Source of the DNA: Octopus vulgaris
Taxonomy: Eukaryota
Assembly (NCBI GenBank): GCA_951406725.2
Contig: OX597823.1
Location: 95,666,001 to 95,730,000 of the forward strand
Direction: 5' to 3'
Length of the DNA: 64,000 nucleotides
Below are positions 1-60,347 of the stretch, in pieces. The first letter of the stretch is position 1; each line of letters opens with the position of its first letter. The position numbers were made by a program, and so were the translations under genes. The notes below the pieces were generated by a model. The model ran no database searches, was not told the origin of the DNA, and saw only the letters and a list, made by a program, of their open reading frames with translations.

Positions 1-39
1 TTAGCTTCTTGAAGCAGGCTTCCAGTATTCAATGCTCCT

Positions 40-240
40 AAGGTGGCCAACTAGTAGAATCGTTGGCATGCTGCACAAAATGCTTAGTAGCATTTCATCT
101 GTCTTTACATTCTGAATTCAAATTCTGTCGAGGTTGACTTTGCCCGTCATCCTTTCAGGGTTGATGAACACGGGGGTCGTCAATGTAATTGACTTGACCC
201 CTCCCAGCCAAATTTCAGGCCTTGTGCCTATAGTAGAGAG
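40..240 (+). mobile_element. tRNA-derived SINE family A (Meta-domain-like)
   Basis: Head aaggtggc..ctagtagaatcg, B-box-like gaattcaaattc, core gacttt.cc.tcatcctttcaggg; many similar copies in window. Confidence 0.8.
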
Positions 241-414
241 GTCAATTTCCATTTATCTTATATTTTATGAGTTGGAGACTTCAGCACTCCATTTTGTAGA
301 AGTTTATGGACATTTATCTCCATCGGTCTATGACAGTTGGTATTCAATTTGCTGAAGGAATACAATTTTGGCTGCTTATTTACATCTCAATGTCACATCT
401 TGACAGAAATCTAA

Positions 415-1305
415 TTAGGAAGTTTGCTTCCTAACCACATGACTCCGGGTTCAATCCCACTGTGTAGTACCTTGGGCAAGTGTCTTCTACTATAGCTTTG
501 GGCCAACCAAAGCCTTGTGATTGGACTTGGTAGAGAGAAACTGAAAGAAGCCCTCCATATAACAGTAATGCCTCACTTTACTAGGAAACCCCCCCCCCCG
601 GGTTTATGAGTTTTATTTTTGAAGCACAAGATCCAAATTTTGAATGAAATGCAAAAGTCTCTACTACCATAAATGCTTCTGCGTGTTACGGAGAAATTTA
701 TAGAGAGGCCGAAAAAAAGTTTTTTATAAGCAAATAACTCTAGACTTGTCTTTTAAAAAGAAATCTACATGTCTGTCTACGAGTGCTTGTGAATTGGCAA
801 TCACATCTACAAGTGATGGCGTGTGTGAGTCTAATGCGAGTGAAAGTGATTATGATAATAATATTTTTTATTATAAATGATCTTGACATTCTTTTTACTT
901 TACATGAAATTTTATTTACATTCTCCTGTTGTTTTATTGCCATTTATTTAAGAGTATTATAAATTTTATTGATAAAATATTTTTCTGGGAACAAATCTTG
1001 ATTTATAACATTGCTACTGTGGGAAATTATTGGTCTACTTTATGAGTTTTCGCTTTATGAGCGATCTCCAGGAACAAATAAACTTTTACACTGAGGCATT
1101 ACTGTATATATGTGTGTGTTTGTCCTCCACCACTATTTGTCAACGATCCCTATAACTTAGCCATTTCAGCAAAAGAGGCCAACAGAATAAGTGCCAGGCT
1201 TAAAAAGAAGAATTACTGGGGTTGGTTTAGTTGATTAAATCCTTGAAGGCGGTGCCCCAGCATGGTCGCAGTCCAATGACTGAAACAAATAACAGATAAA
1301 AGATA
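415..1305 (+). mobile_element. tRNA-derived CORE-like SINE family B, split by a MITE at 563-1104
   Basis: ggttcaatccc B box and ccttgggcaagtgtctt; 3' module resumes at 1105. Confidence 0.8.
563..1104. mobile_element. Tc1/mariner (pogo/Tigger-like) MITE
   Basis: TIR cagtaatgcctca ... tgaggcattactg followed by TA; inserted in the SINE's TA-rich spacer. Confidence 0.75.
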
Positions 1306-1477
1306 AGTAAATTTTTCAAAAAACAGCCCCAAAATAAAACAAAACCACATAAGGGAGTAAAAAAAACACTAAAAACTTAGCTTTAAAGAACAGAACATGT
1401 CTGTTTAATCACGAAACCATTCACCCTGCGTAGTCTTTATAGAAGTCAGAAGAGAACCACCATCATCATCATTATCA

Positions 1478-1810
1478 AAGCAGAATTGTTAGCATGTCGG
1501 GTAAAAGGCTTAGCAGCATTTTGCCCAACTTTACATTCTGGGTTCAAATTCTGCCGAGGTCCTCTTTGCCTTTCATTCTTTCAAGGTTGATGAATTGTGT
1601 ACCAGTTGAACACTAGGGTCGATGTAATTGACTTAATCCCTCCCCCAAAATTTCAGGCCTTGTGCCTATAGTAGAAAGGATTTTTATTATTAAGGCAACG
1701 AGCTGACAGAATTGTTAGCATGCTGGACGAAATGCTGAGCAGTATTTTGCCCATCTTTATGTTTCAAATTCCACTGAGGTCAGTTTACCTTTCATCCTTT
1801 TGCAGAAAGG
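1478..1810 (+). mobile_element. Two tandem SINE family A copies
   Basis: Repeated head and gcctttcatcc core separated by an (ATT)-like run. Confidence 0.8.
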
Positions 1811-1864
1811 ATTATTATTATTATGCTAGTGCATGCTAATTTAGTTAGCAGGTATTTCATCTTG

Positions 1865-2180
1865 CTACTCGGGGACACCTAGTCTCCTCAAATCTCAAGA
1901 ATCTTTCTTTGGATTCTTGCAGAATACAGGATGGTACTTTTCTGCAGGTTAACAACTCTAGTTCCAATTCCAATCTCTTTTAGTTTTTTAAGTAGCATTT
2001 TGTGCCAAATGAACCAATTCCTACAGGAATAATTGTTGTCTTCATCTTCCACAGACTCCTCAGCTGGTTAGATCCTGATGGTTCTCAGTTTTTTTTCTTT
2101 TTCTTTTTTACCATTTCTTTGATATCGACTCTGCTATCATAGGGAATTGCAAAATCTATCATCTTAAACTGTTTGGTGCT
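1865..2180 (-). mobile_element. R4/Dong-like non-LTR retrotransposon 3' remnant (restriction-like endonuclease region)
   Basis: Minus-strand translation across frameshifts: MIDFAIPYDSRVDIKE...LWKMKTTIIPVGIGSFG...LQKSTILYSARIQRKILEI*. Confidence 0.65.
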
Positions 2181-2403
2181 CCTCAGTGGGACAGAACCTG
2201 AATGCACATGGCTGCTAACTAAACTTCTTAACCACACAGCCATGATCTCCTCTATGATCGTATCTGGTCTTCAGAGCAGCCCTCCAATGTCTCCTCACTA
2301 TTGAGGGTTAGATATTGTTAAATTTTTTTCATGTTAAATTTGTTTACACTCAAAACCTTCACAATGCACATACACACATTCAGTGTTTTGTTGTGTGTCA
2401 TTC

Positions 2404-3078
2404 ATTTGAGAGGAATTTTAAAGAACAACAAAAACAGGCGGAACATAAATTTTCTTGTCCAGCTTGTTTTATTTGGAACACCATGCGGTTTTAATTGGAG
2501 CATAAAGTGCAGGTTGATGCACTTGTTGCACATATATTTGAATGTTATCACCCAATAAGCCATCCACTAACAAACACTTCTGTAAGTAGCAGGGACTTAC
2601 ATTCATGATGTAAACCCTTCATGGTCAAACCGGCCCATTTAAGAGTACCCTTCAATAATTGGGTAATAAACTGCACTTGCAAAGGCCTGTTGAACCAAGT
2701 GAAGGCATTGTCGTACACAATGACAATACAGCCTGATTGGCACCAATGCCAGTGGCATGTAAAAAGCACCATTCAAGCGTGGTCGATGCCAGTGTACGCC
2801 TGACTGGTCCTATGCCAGTGGCACGTAAAAAACACCATTCGAGCATGATCATTGCCAGTACTTCCTGACTGGCCCTCATGCCAGTGGCATGTAAAAATCA
2901 CCCACTACACACTCAGAGTGGTTGGTGTTAGGAAGGGCATCCAGCTGTAGAAACTTTGCTAGATTAGACTGGAGCCTGGTGCAGCCTTCTGGCTTGCTAG
3001 TCCTCACTCAAACCAGCATGGAAAGTGGATGTTAAACGACGACGATGATTATTATTATTAGTAGTAGTAGTAGTTAGT

Positions 3079-3116
<38 letters not shown>

Positions 3117-3323
3117 TCAAAGAGCAATGTTGTCCCTGCTACTTACAGAGTGTTTGTTAGTGGATGGCTTATTGGGTGATAACATTCAAATATATGTGCA
3201 ACAAGTGCATCAACCTGCACTTTATGCTCCAATTAAAACCGCATGGTGTTCCAAATAAAACAAGCTGGACAAGAAAATTTATGTTCCGCCTGTTTTTGTT
3301 GTTCTTTAAAATTCATCTCAAAT
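2404..3323. repeat. Long inverted repeat, ~192-bp arms (2404-2596 / 3132-3323)
   Basis: Arms are near-perfect reverse complements by eye; spacer contains an RTE 3' fragment and (AGT)n. Confidence 0.9.
2650..3050 (+). mobile_element. RTE LINE 3' UTR fragment
   Basis: ttaggaagggcatccagctgtagaaac and tail ggatgttaaacgacgacgatgat; same sequence follows the RTE ORFs at 29.4, 44 and 62.8 kb. Confidence 0.8.
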
Positions 3324-3660
3324 AAATAATTGTGGTGACAAAAAAAAAAAAAAAATACTTAGATTAATTGTGAAGCCACCTGAACATATAATCTTTACAA
3401 TTTATAAACAGAAGATTACCAACAATAACAGCTTTAGAAAACGTCGTGGTAAGAGTTAGTTAGGACAGAAGAGAGCAGGTGTCTAAGTGGATAGGGCCTT
3501 GCACTCACAGAAGATGGCAGAGATTTTGTTCTGGTAAAAAGAAGTTTCAATGGATAAGCTAAGGGTATTTGACCTCAGAAATCCTGGGTCACTAGGAGGT
3601 TATAGGCTGGATTTTAACAAACATAGTATCTAGTGTTTCAATTTGTAGTGGTATAAGCTG

Positions 3661-4032
3661 CAGGAGTGGCTGTGTGGTAAGAAGCTTGCTTCCCAACCAC
3701 ATGGTTCCGGGTTCTGTCCCACTGCGTGGCGCCTTGGGCAAGTGTCTTTTACTATTGCCTCGGTTTGACCAAAGCCTTGTGAGTGGATCTGGTACTCAGA
3801 AACTGAAAGAAGCCTGGCGTATATTTATATATGTATGTATTTGTGTGCCTGTGTTTGTCCCCCCACCCCTGCCATCACTTGACACCCACTGTTGGTGCAT
3901 TTATGTCCTCATAACTTAGCGGTTTGGCATAAGGGACTAATAGAATAAGTACTAGGCTTACAAAGAATTTGTTCAACTAAAGGCGGAGCTCCAGCATGGC
4001 TGCAGTCAAATAACTCAAACAAGTAAGAGTAA
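3661..4032 (+). mobile_element. Near full-length SINE family B
   Basis: ggagtggctgtgtggtaag A box, ggttctgtccc B box, CORE-like segment, internal TA/TG run, tail gtaagagtaag. Confidence 0.85.
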
Positions 4033-4221
4033 GCATTTCAACACCTCTTCACATGAACAACCAGCATTTCACTGGTATTTAATCAATCTCAGTAATATAA
4101 AATGCTAAGTCAACCCTAGCAGGTATTGAACCCAGAATATAAATATTAAATGATATTTTTTGCCCGGCACTTCACTGATTTTGTTTTCCATTGCCTCACT
4201 ACTTCTACTACTACTAACAAT

Positions 4222-4415
4222 GGTTTCAAATTTTGGGGGAGGGAATGAGTCAATTACATTGACCCCAGTGTTCAGCTGGTACTTATTTCATCGACCCCGA
4301 AAGGATGAAAGGTAAAGTCGACCTCGGTGAAATTTGAACTCAGAACATAGAGATGGACGAAATGCTGCTAAGCGTTTTGTCCAGTGTACTAACCATTCTA
4401 CTGGCTTGCCGCCTT
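4222..4415 (-). mobile_element. SINE family A
   Basis: Reverse complement of consensus (ctggtactta...gaaaggatgaaagg...gccgcctt). Confidence 0.85.
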
Positions 4416-4805
4416 AATAATAATAATAGTAGTAGTAGTTGTAGGGGGTCAATAAATTAAGTACCAGTTGCATATTGGAGTCAATCTAATTGATTGACTC
4501 TCTTCCCCAAAATTTCAGGCCTTGTGCCTAGACTAGAAAAGAAGAACTAAATTGACTTGAACTGTGACAACCCATCCAAGCAGTGTTGTCATGGAAAGTA
4601 GATAAAAAAAGTGATGATGATGAGGATGATGATGATGATGATGATATTTACAGCACAGAGTTTAAAACTTTGTTCACCCATGTTAATAATATAGTGAATC
4701 ACTGGGTTAATTATTTTAATTGTAAGTTCAGAATTTTCTTTTAAGTATTTCATGACTATTAGGAAATGTAGATGAGAGCTTATATGTCTGTGCATGTGTG
4801 GACAA

Positions 4806-5390
4806 TCATCATCATCGTCGTTTAACGTCCATTTTCCATGCTGGTATGAGTTGGACGGTTTGATTGAGGGTTGGCTAACCAGAAGGATGCACCAGGCTCC
4901 AATCTGATCTGGCAATGTTTCTACAGCTGGATGCCCTTCCTAACGCCAACCCCTCCGAGAGTGTAATGGGTGCTTTTTACGTGTTTATATATGTGTGTGT
5001 GTGTATGGAGGGATAATTATGCTTATATATGTGTGAAGGTGCATGGCCTGGTGATTAGGGTGTTGGAATCATGATCACTTGATTATGTGTTTGATTCCTG
5101 GACCAAGTGGTGCATTGTGTTCTTGAGCAAAAAACTTCATTTCATGTGTTTCCACTCCACTCCACTTTAGTCGTGGCAGATACTGGTATCACACAAATGG
5201 TACCCATGCCAGTGGCATGTAAGATCACTGATTACACTCTCGGAGTGGTTGGTGTTAGGAAGTGCATCCAGCCATAGAAACCCATGCCAAAACAGACTGA
5301 GGTCTGATGCAGCCTTCCAGCTTGCCAGTCCTGGTCAAACCGTCCAAACTATGCCAGCATGGACAACGGGCGCTGAATGATGATGATGAT
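4806..5390. mobile_element. Inverted pair of RTE 3' UTR fragments (4806-4982 minus, ~5170-5390 plus) with a family C SINE head between them
   Basis: catcatcatcgtcgtttaacgtcc... and ...ggacaacgggcgctgaatgatgatg in opposite orientation. Confidence 0.75.
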
Positions 5391-5737
5391 GGTGGTAGCG
5401 TCATTCAAAAGCTAACACAATGTGAAGGGCATTGTGACCAGTGATGTATAACATCTGATAGTCTGGTTGATCCTGTGATCACATGATGTTTTTATACAGA
5501 TGTGTATGGAATTGCGCTTTGCTGTAATTCTGAATCTACATAGATACTCTCACCTCCATCTTTTGTCACTTTGTCTCTGCCTCTATACCAACATCTCCAT
5601 TCCATCTTCTTTTCAGTATTTAAACCTATTATTATTGTAACAGTAATTCAGCATGACTATACGACTTGGTCGAATTGTCTCTTTCCAAGGAAACTGGTGA
5701 TGGTTTGTGTCTAGAAAATCAATCAATGTAAACTTTG

Positions 5738-5740
<3 letters not shown>

Positions 5741-5808
<68 letters not shown>
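5741..5808. repeat. (CT)n microsatellite
   Basis: Direct reading. Confidence 0.95.
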
Positions 5809-5811
<3 letters not shown>

Positions 5812-6770
5812 GCTCACATGCTGTTGGTTGATGGTTTGTACCTATTTACCTTCCTGTCCCTACTCTTCCCCCTGTTATTTTAACCCTCCCCTTATCATCT
5901 TAAATCTTTTTGTGATTGTATGACAAATATATCTGTTTCCTGTCCAACCATGTTAAACCTTTCTTTGTCCTTCTTCTACCCTTGGCATCTCACCATTTGC
6001 ACCACCCTTTTGACTTGGACATCCCTATTCTTATCAAGCGAATCCTCAACTTCTGTATTTTCTCTCATTTTCTCAGACTCACAACCAAAATGACTAAATG
6101 TCTATTCTACAATCCTCAGTTGCGTTGGCAAATAGACTTTACTGTATGGCATTGGTTAGTTATTACATATTTCTCACTCAAAGATTTAAAACTTGTTTTT
6201 CTCTTTACGAGACCAGCAACTGAGTGTGGTTTTCAAAGTATAAACTGTGAGTCAGAGTGAATGACTGCTATCTCTAGCCGACGGTTGTCCTGTACTGAGA
6301 AAGGGAAATTACTCAGAAACCATTAGTCTACAGGTATCACTATGGCTAGAAAGGGGGCAGTAGACTTCCTTACTCACAGTATACAGACACAGACCATGTG
6401 TTGGTAGCCAGCTGGAAAAGATGTTTTCCTGGGGCTAAAAAGTAGGAACATCGTCATGCATACGACTGCCACACTGCATTGCTAAATAGACTTTACTGTA
6501 CGCTACTCTTACTACATATTTCTCGCTCAGAGATTTAAAACTTGTTGTTCTTCTTTTTAGTTTTCCCAGAATTACATTGATTGATTTTTTTTTTTCTTAA
6601 CGTAGTTGACATTTCCAGTTCTTTGGAAGAAATATGTCAAGGAAGCCATATTTGGAATTGTTAACATAGAATCTTCAGTTAAGCATTTGTACATTCGGTA
6701 AACCAGTTGTTAAGACTTAGATCATTAGGTGAATCAGTTATAAAATTTTTTACTGCTCATTACTCTTTGT

Positions 6771-6806
<36 letters not shown>

Positions 6807-7051
6807 ATGCATGTGTTGTAAAAGCTTCCGACAGATTGTTTGAAAATAGAGTTTGTCACAAAAAAATAATTGACATGTTTATTTCTTATCGCCACAACAC
6901 ACACACACACACACACACACACCACCACACATTCATACAGTCACACGTTTTTAATTACGTTTTCCAATATAATACGTCTTTATATTTTCACTGATATACT
7001 TAATTACTTATACACACTCATTGACGTATACACTCAAATTCACATGAAATA

Positions 7052-7608
7052 CATCATCATCATCATCATCATTTAACGTCTGCTTTCCATGCTAGCATGG
7101 ATTGGACGAGTTGACTGAGGACTGGCGAACCAGATGGCTGTGCCAGGCTCCAATCTGATCTGGCAGAGTTTCTACAGCTGGATGCCCTTCCTAACGCCAA
7201 CCACTCCGAGAGTGTAGTGGGTGCTTTTACGTGTCACCAGCACGAAGGCCAGTGTGGTGGTACTGGCAACTTCCACGCTCGAAATGGTGTTTTTTTACAT
7301 GCCACCTGCACAGGAGTCAGTCCAGTGGCACTGGCAATGACCTCACTCGAATGTTTTGTTCACGTACCACCGGCACAAGTGCCAGTAAGGCAACGCAGGT
7401 AACCATCACGCTGAAATGGTGCCTTTTACATGCCACCAGCACAGAAGCCAGACAGCTTGGATGGAGCTGTTAGCGCTCACCTGGCACAGGTGCCAGTCAT
7501 CGAATTTGGTACAGTTTTGCTTTCACTTGCCCCAAGAGGTCTTCGCAAGCAGAGTTTAGTGTCCAATGAAGGGAGGTTGGCATGGGTGCCAGCTGTCGAA
7601 TTTGGTTT
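7052..7608 (-). mobile_element. RTE LINE 3' UTR with internal tandem subrepeats
   Basis: Matches 43322-43860 and 62081-62650. Confidence 0.85.
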
Positions 7609-7668
7609 TATATATGTATATATAAATGTATAATAAATATATACGTATAATACAAACACACTCACACT

Positions 7669-7700
<32 letters not shown>

Positions 7701-7789
7701 TATAAAATGCATATATACACACACACACATAAAATACATATATACATTCACACTGACATAAAATATATATATATATATTCTTTTTTACT

Positions 7790-7990
7790 CTAGACATAAG
7801 GTCTGAAATTTTTGGGGGAAGGGGCCAGTTGATTAGATCGACCTTAGTACGCAACTGGTACTTAATTTCTTGACCCCCAAAAGGATGAAAGGCAAAGTCG
7901 ACTTCGGCAGAATTCGAACTCAGAACATAAAGACATGAAATATCGCTAAGCATTTTGCCCAGCATGCTAACATTTCTGCCAGCTTGCCTT
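7790..7990 (-). mobile_element. SINE family A
   Basis: Reverse complement of consensus. Confidence 0.85.
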
Positions 7991-8898
7991 ACATATATAT
8001 ATATATCATCATCATCATTTAACGTCTGCTTTCCATACTAGTATGGTACAGTGGTTAGCTGCAATGGTGAGTTGGTTATAACGAAGTGAAAGGATAACAG
8101 CCACCATGACTGTCACACTGGTTCCTATTTCAGTCATGTGACATCAGGTTGTAATGAAGTCCAACACAAGGGGAGATAATTCAATACTTCAGTCCTTAGC
8201 GTCCAGTATCCTTCTGTTCAGCTCTGGCGTCATCTATAATGGTGTATTACTCCTGTATTTGGGATGCTGCTCTTCCTACTACAACACCTTCACAAACATC
8301 TTTGGCCACATCCAAAGAAAGGGAACCCAACCTCTTCTCCACAGATGTCCTCTCTCTTCATTTTACTACAATAACTTGCTTGTCTTGTTCCACTTCCAAT
8401 CGAATACTACTAACTCAGTGATCTTCCCTCCCCACTCTATTGTGTTCATTCACCAGGTCCCACATGAACCACAATGCCCAGGCCTTCTTGTCTAGAGTGT
8501 TGGTCATCTGAATTTCCTCCCAGTACATATTTCACTAGATGCCATCAGCTTGAAATTGCTTAAAACAAATGTCAGCCATGTTGATCTCAGCAAACCCTTG
8601 AGGGCCATGGGCACAGGTCACTCTTCAAACCAAAACCAAAGGAAAAATAGAAATAGAACAAACATAAATCTGATCTCCATTATCATCCCCTCACCTTCCA
8701 CAAACCTGTTGCATGTCTTGACAACTAAGGCCCAACTGCCAACACATTACTTTCTCTTAACCCTCTCAGATCCAAGGCCCCATCTCTAACTTTACTCTGC
8801 CCCTGGGCTCCTGAACAAAAAATAAATAGTTGCTTACACAACTCAAGAGTAACAATAACAGTCAAACTAATGGACAGGATCACAAAGGATTCAGGAGA

Positions 8899-9265
8899 GC
8901 AACAATAATAGGCTTTGTAGTAAAGATTGTTTGCCAACATAACATGGTAGTCCTGGTTTAGGACGAATGTTGCTGTAACTTAGCCCCAGGAGACATCGTC
9001 TCCAGCTGGCTATACAACACGATCTCTAGCTGAACAATTATTCTGTGCTAATGAAGGGAAATAACCTGAAAATTGCGATACACAGATATTGTTTTGAGCT
9101 GAGTGGGGGTGCTAGATTCCCTTGTTTGAAAATATAAGGACACAGATCATGTCGTATAGCCAGCTGGAGGCAATGTCTCCTGGGGCTAAATTACAGCAAC
9201 ATTCATCCTAAATCAGGACTGCCTTGTTATGTTGGCAAACAATCTTTACTACAAAGTACTGTTGC
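8899..9265. repeat. Inverted repeat, ~125-bp arms (8899-9025 / 9144-9265); related diverged copy at ~6395-6545
   Basis: ctttgtagtaaagattgtttgccaacataac...ttagccccaggagac...ctccagctggctatac and its reverse complement. Confidence 0.85.
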
Positions 9266-10065
9266 TGAATATTTCACGTTGTGAGATTTAAAAAATAGTA
9301 ATTTTCTAAATAATAGGCTTATCTCTCTCAATTAGCATATTTGTTCTCCCAAATCATTACTTTCCTCATCACTTTCACCTGTTTGGTTGTCTGCAGAAAG
9401 GTAAACTCATCAGCCAAATACCAAATATTATCGACAATTTCCTCAACTGTAAAGAATCGAGGCCTTGCTCGTTTACCTGGTGAAGTACTAGATTCCTCAC
9501 ATGCCCATTTCATTGGAGAGGTCCATTTTTTTTTCAATTAAATACAAAATTAAACAACAGCTGTGGGGTGGGGTGGGGTGGGAGGGGGGACACCATTAAC
9601 AATGTGATCAGTTGTCTAATTTTAGTATTTTATCTTCCTTTTCTACGAGTGTAGTTCATTACTTCTTTGATAAGAATCAGGTAGAAATTTCATTTAGGCT
9701 ATCCCTGCTATACTGGGAACCTGGCATGATAGGGTTAATGGCTGTATCCCTTTTTAAGTCTACCAAGACAATATCACACGACCACTGCAAGGCCCATCCC
9801 TTCCCTCCCCAAATGGAGATAACATTATGCCCTTTTACCTGAGATCTCATAAGAGTACTCTAATCTCCTCCAGCCTGATAGTAAAGGCAATCCATTCAGG
9901 AGTCTCTGCCGTCCAAAGCCAACAATATATATAGGATGGCTCTAATTGCATGAAGGACATGGAAATCCTGTCCTCCACTCTGGACAAGATAATCCATCTT
10001 ACACACACCTTATCTTTTGACAACTAAGGTTTAGCTGCCAACACAATGACCTCCTCTTAGCAGCT

Positions 10066-10134
10066 AATTAGTAGTTTAAATTTAGAGTTGTAATTAGTAG
10101 TTTTAATTTAGAGTTGTAATTAGTAGTTTTAATT
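10066..10134. repeat. 26-bp tandem repeat, ~2.7 copies
   Basis: taattagtagttt(a/t)aatttagagttg repeated. Confidence 0.85.
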
Positions 10135-10189
10135 GGCAGTTACTATGTTGCTATAACTATTGATCGAATTATACGAACACACACATTCA

Positions 10190-10370
10190 GTAAGTAAGAG
10201 CTAAATAAACTCAGTATAGAAAACTCATAACGGTGCTCAAACGAATTAAAACTTCAATTTTGACTTCTTCATCGAAGGCAAGGCCCACAGTATCAACAAT
10301 GGCTAAAAGAGAAATTCAAATTGAGCTGATATGGAGATAGTAATGAGGATAAATACAAATTAGGCTTCAT
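10190..10370. repeat. Dispersed repeat, diverged direct copy at ~13085-13258 (possibly a Penelope-like terminus)
   Basis: Shared gagctaaa..tatagaaaac..gtgctcaaa..ttcttcatc..aggcccacagt..gagaaattcaa..gagctgatatggag. Confidence 0.7.
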
Positions 10371-10507
10371 ATATATATTTAGATGGAGCACAAAAAAATA
10401 CAGAACAATGAAAAAGGACAAGATATATATTTAAAGAAATTCCATAATGTCTTTTCGTTTTGGGATTTGGTTTGCAAGATTCTTTATATGAGTTTGTATG
10501 TTGAAGC

Positions 10508-10813
10508 ATATTCTGTTTTGTCTGGTGAGAGTCATTTTCTTTTAGTGCCTTATAATATAACACACTCACCGGTAAAATTTCCACTTATTTCTTATTTTTA
10601 TTTTCCTAAAATTTTTGTTACCTTTTGCAACCTTTTCAATAGTCTTGCAAGTCGATCAGATCGACCCCAGAGTCAAGACTATTGAAAAGGTTGCAAGACG
10701 CAACAAAAATTTTAGGAAAATAAAAATAAGAAAATAGTGGAAATTTTACCGGTGAGTGTGTTACATTATAAGGCACAAAAAGAAAATGACTCTCCCCACA
10801 CACAACAGAATAT
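10508..10813. repeat. Fold-back palindrome, ~140-bp arms and ~26-nt loop
   Basis: gagagtcattttc...cacactcaccggtaaaatttccact...ttgcaaccttttcaatagtcttg mirrored by caagactattgaaaaggttgcaa...agtggaaattttaccggtgagtgtg...gaaaatgactctc. Confidence 0.9.
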
Positions 10814-10815
10814 AA

Positions 10816-12100
10816 TGTCTCCTTTTGACAACTCCTTCAGGAAGCCAAGAGTTATATAAAAATCATAATTTGCTGGTGATATGTGCAAAATGTCACAGAT
10901 ATACAACTAGTAACCAGCCAGATCAAGTTGTTACCTTCTCAAAAGAAGGTTGACAAATCTGAGTTGTTTATTATTGCTTGTAAATATAAAAGGTTGAAGG
11001 GAGAAGAGAAAACAAACTGAAATCGTGACAAGAGAGCTCTTTCACTAACTCTTCACAATCCACCATGCTGCACTCCCCTAACTTCTCTTTATCTTTGGCA
11101 GGGTGGCTGAATAGACACCCTGCCTTGACAAAAGGCAGCTCATGAGTATACAGGGTATGGTTGTCACTCTGAGATATTTTCAAAATACCTACATGCCCCC
11201 AACCTATTGAATAAGAAGGTATTATTGTGTTGTAAAATTGTAAGGGATTCCTGGCAAGCACAATTTACACATGCAATGATTAGTATAATATAAGGTACCT
11301 CTACAAACTATGGACTAGAATAAGGTATGTCCTGGGACATGAGGTGGTGTATATAGGTAGCTAGGGAAGTTGAAAGCCTAGAGGACTTATTTGAGAATGT
11401 GCTTAGGTGGACAAGGTAGCAGTGCTTGAAACCTTTTATGTGGGAACTCGGAGTCTTGACCAGACATATACCATGTGGTATATAAATGATTTGCAATATT
11501 ATACCAAAATAACACACCATTACTCAATAGGTCCTTTGATGTAATCTTTTCTTGATATCATAAGTTTTATAACACATTTGCTCATTATGCAAAATTATTA
11601 TAATTTCCCCTTCGTGACAAAACCTTTTTACTGATATGTTAATATCAAATTATCATAATTTATTCTCATAGCAAACAATACTTTTTTTCTTCTCATGTTT
11701 TCCTCTCCTACTACCCCTACTCTTTTATCTTAATGCTTTTCTCTCCTGTCTAGACCTCTGGTGTTCTCAGCTGCTTTATTACTTTCATCAGGCTGCTTTT
11801 TACCTTATTTTCTTCCTGTTCTTTTTATCTTGTGTTTTGGGGGCTGTTCTTCTTCCTCTTATCATGTCTCTTAACTTCCCCCTCTTCTCATTATTTTGGT
11901 CTGCTCCCTCCCTTCCTTCAACCTTATATGATACTAAACAACTCACTTTTGCCAATCTTCTCTTGAAAAGGGCAACTGGACTTATGTTAACTTCATGTGA
12001 TTGGTCACCACCTGCATCCTGTGACTTTTTTGTACATATCACCAGCAAATTAGATTATTACATAAGTCTCGGCTTCTTGAAACAGCTGTCAATATAAGAC
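10816..12100 (-). mobile_element. Penelope-like element remnant with decayed GIY-YIG endonuclease C-terminal part and inverted terminal repeats (10816-10920 / 12000-12100)
   Basis: Minus ORF 11308..11520 has FKHCYLVHLSTFSNKSSRLSTSLATYIHHL, like PLE FKxRYxxHxSSF...STxLSxYIWxL, followed by CKLCL; both ends share acatatcaccagcaaatta in inverted orientation. Confidence 0.6.
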
Positions 12101-12263
12101 CTTACAGAGCTGACTTGCTCCACGACAAAATACAGTGAACGGCTTTGTTATGGGTTCAATTATATCTCGTACTTATTTAAACTGGGAACAAGTTTGTATT
12201 TATACACAAAATTGTTTAGTGCTGACACCCTGGATTTCATTTATATTTTCATTCTCTCTTTAG

Positions 12264-59878
<47,615 letters not shown>

Positions 59879-60316
59879 GTGAGTCATTCCATTCCTGTTC
59901 TTTGTAATTTGTGATGCCTTTTATTATTGGTGTTATATTTTGTTCATATTTCTGTGCTTATTACCATGATACGTAATAACCTATTTGTGTGCTTAATACC
60001 ATGATGTGTAATATAACAGACTGGGTGAGCTCACTCAGCAACTCAGCAATAGTTTCCCATTTAGAGTTGCTTCAAGTTATAAACCAATTAATCCTGAGAT
60101 AATGGTAAACTTATATCTCAATTTAAAACTTTCCTTGTGGCTCAGGTAAATTTTGCAAAGGTAGGGTGCACAATCTATTGAGGCTGCTCTAGAATATTCA
60201 TATTTATTATATTAATGTAACAAAGATATTAAAAAACTTCATCTTTATAGGGTTCAGTTCAGAAACACAAGGCATAAAAACTACTAAAAAAAACATATAT
60301 CTTTGCTCTCTCTGTA

Positions 60317-60346
<30 letters not shown>

Positions 60347-60347
<1 letters not shown>

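Noticed and set aside
3661-3735. tRNA genes at SINE heads
   Set aside because: A/B boxes present, but they continue into SINE bodies and I could not fold a full cloverleaf
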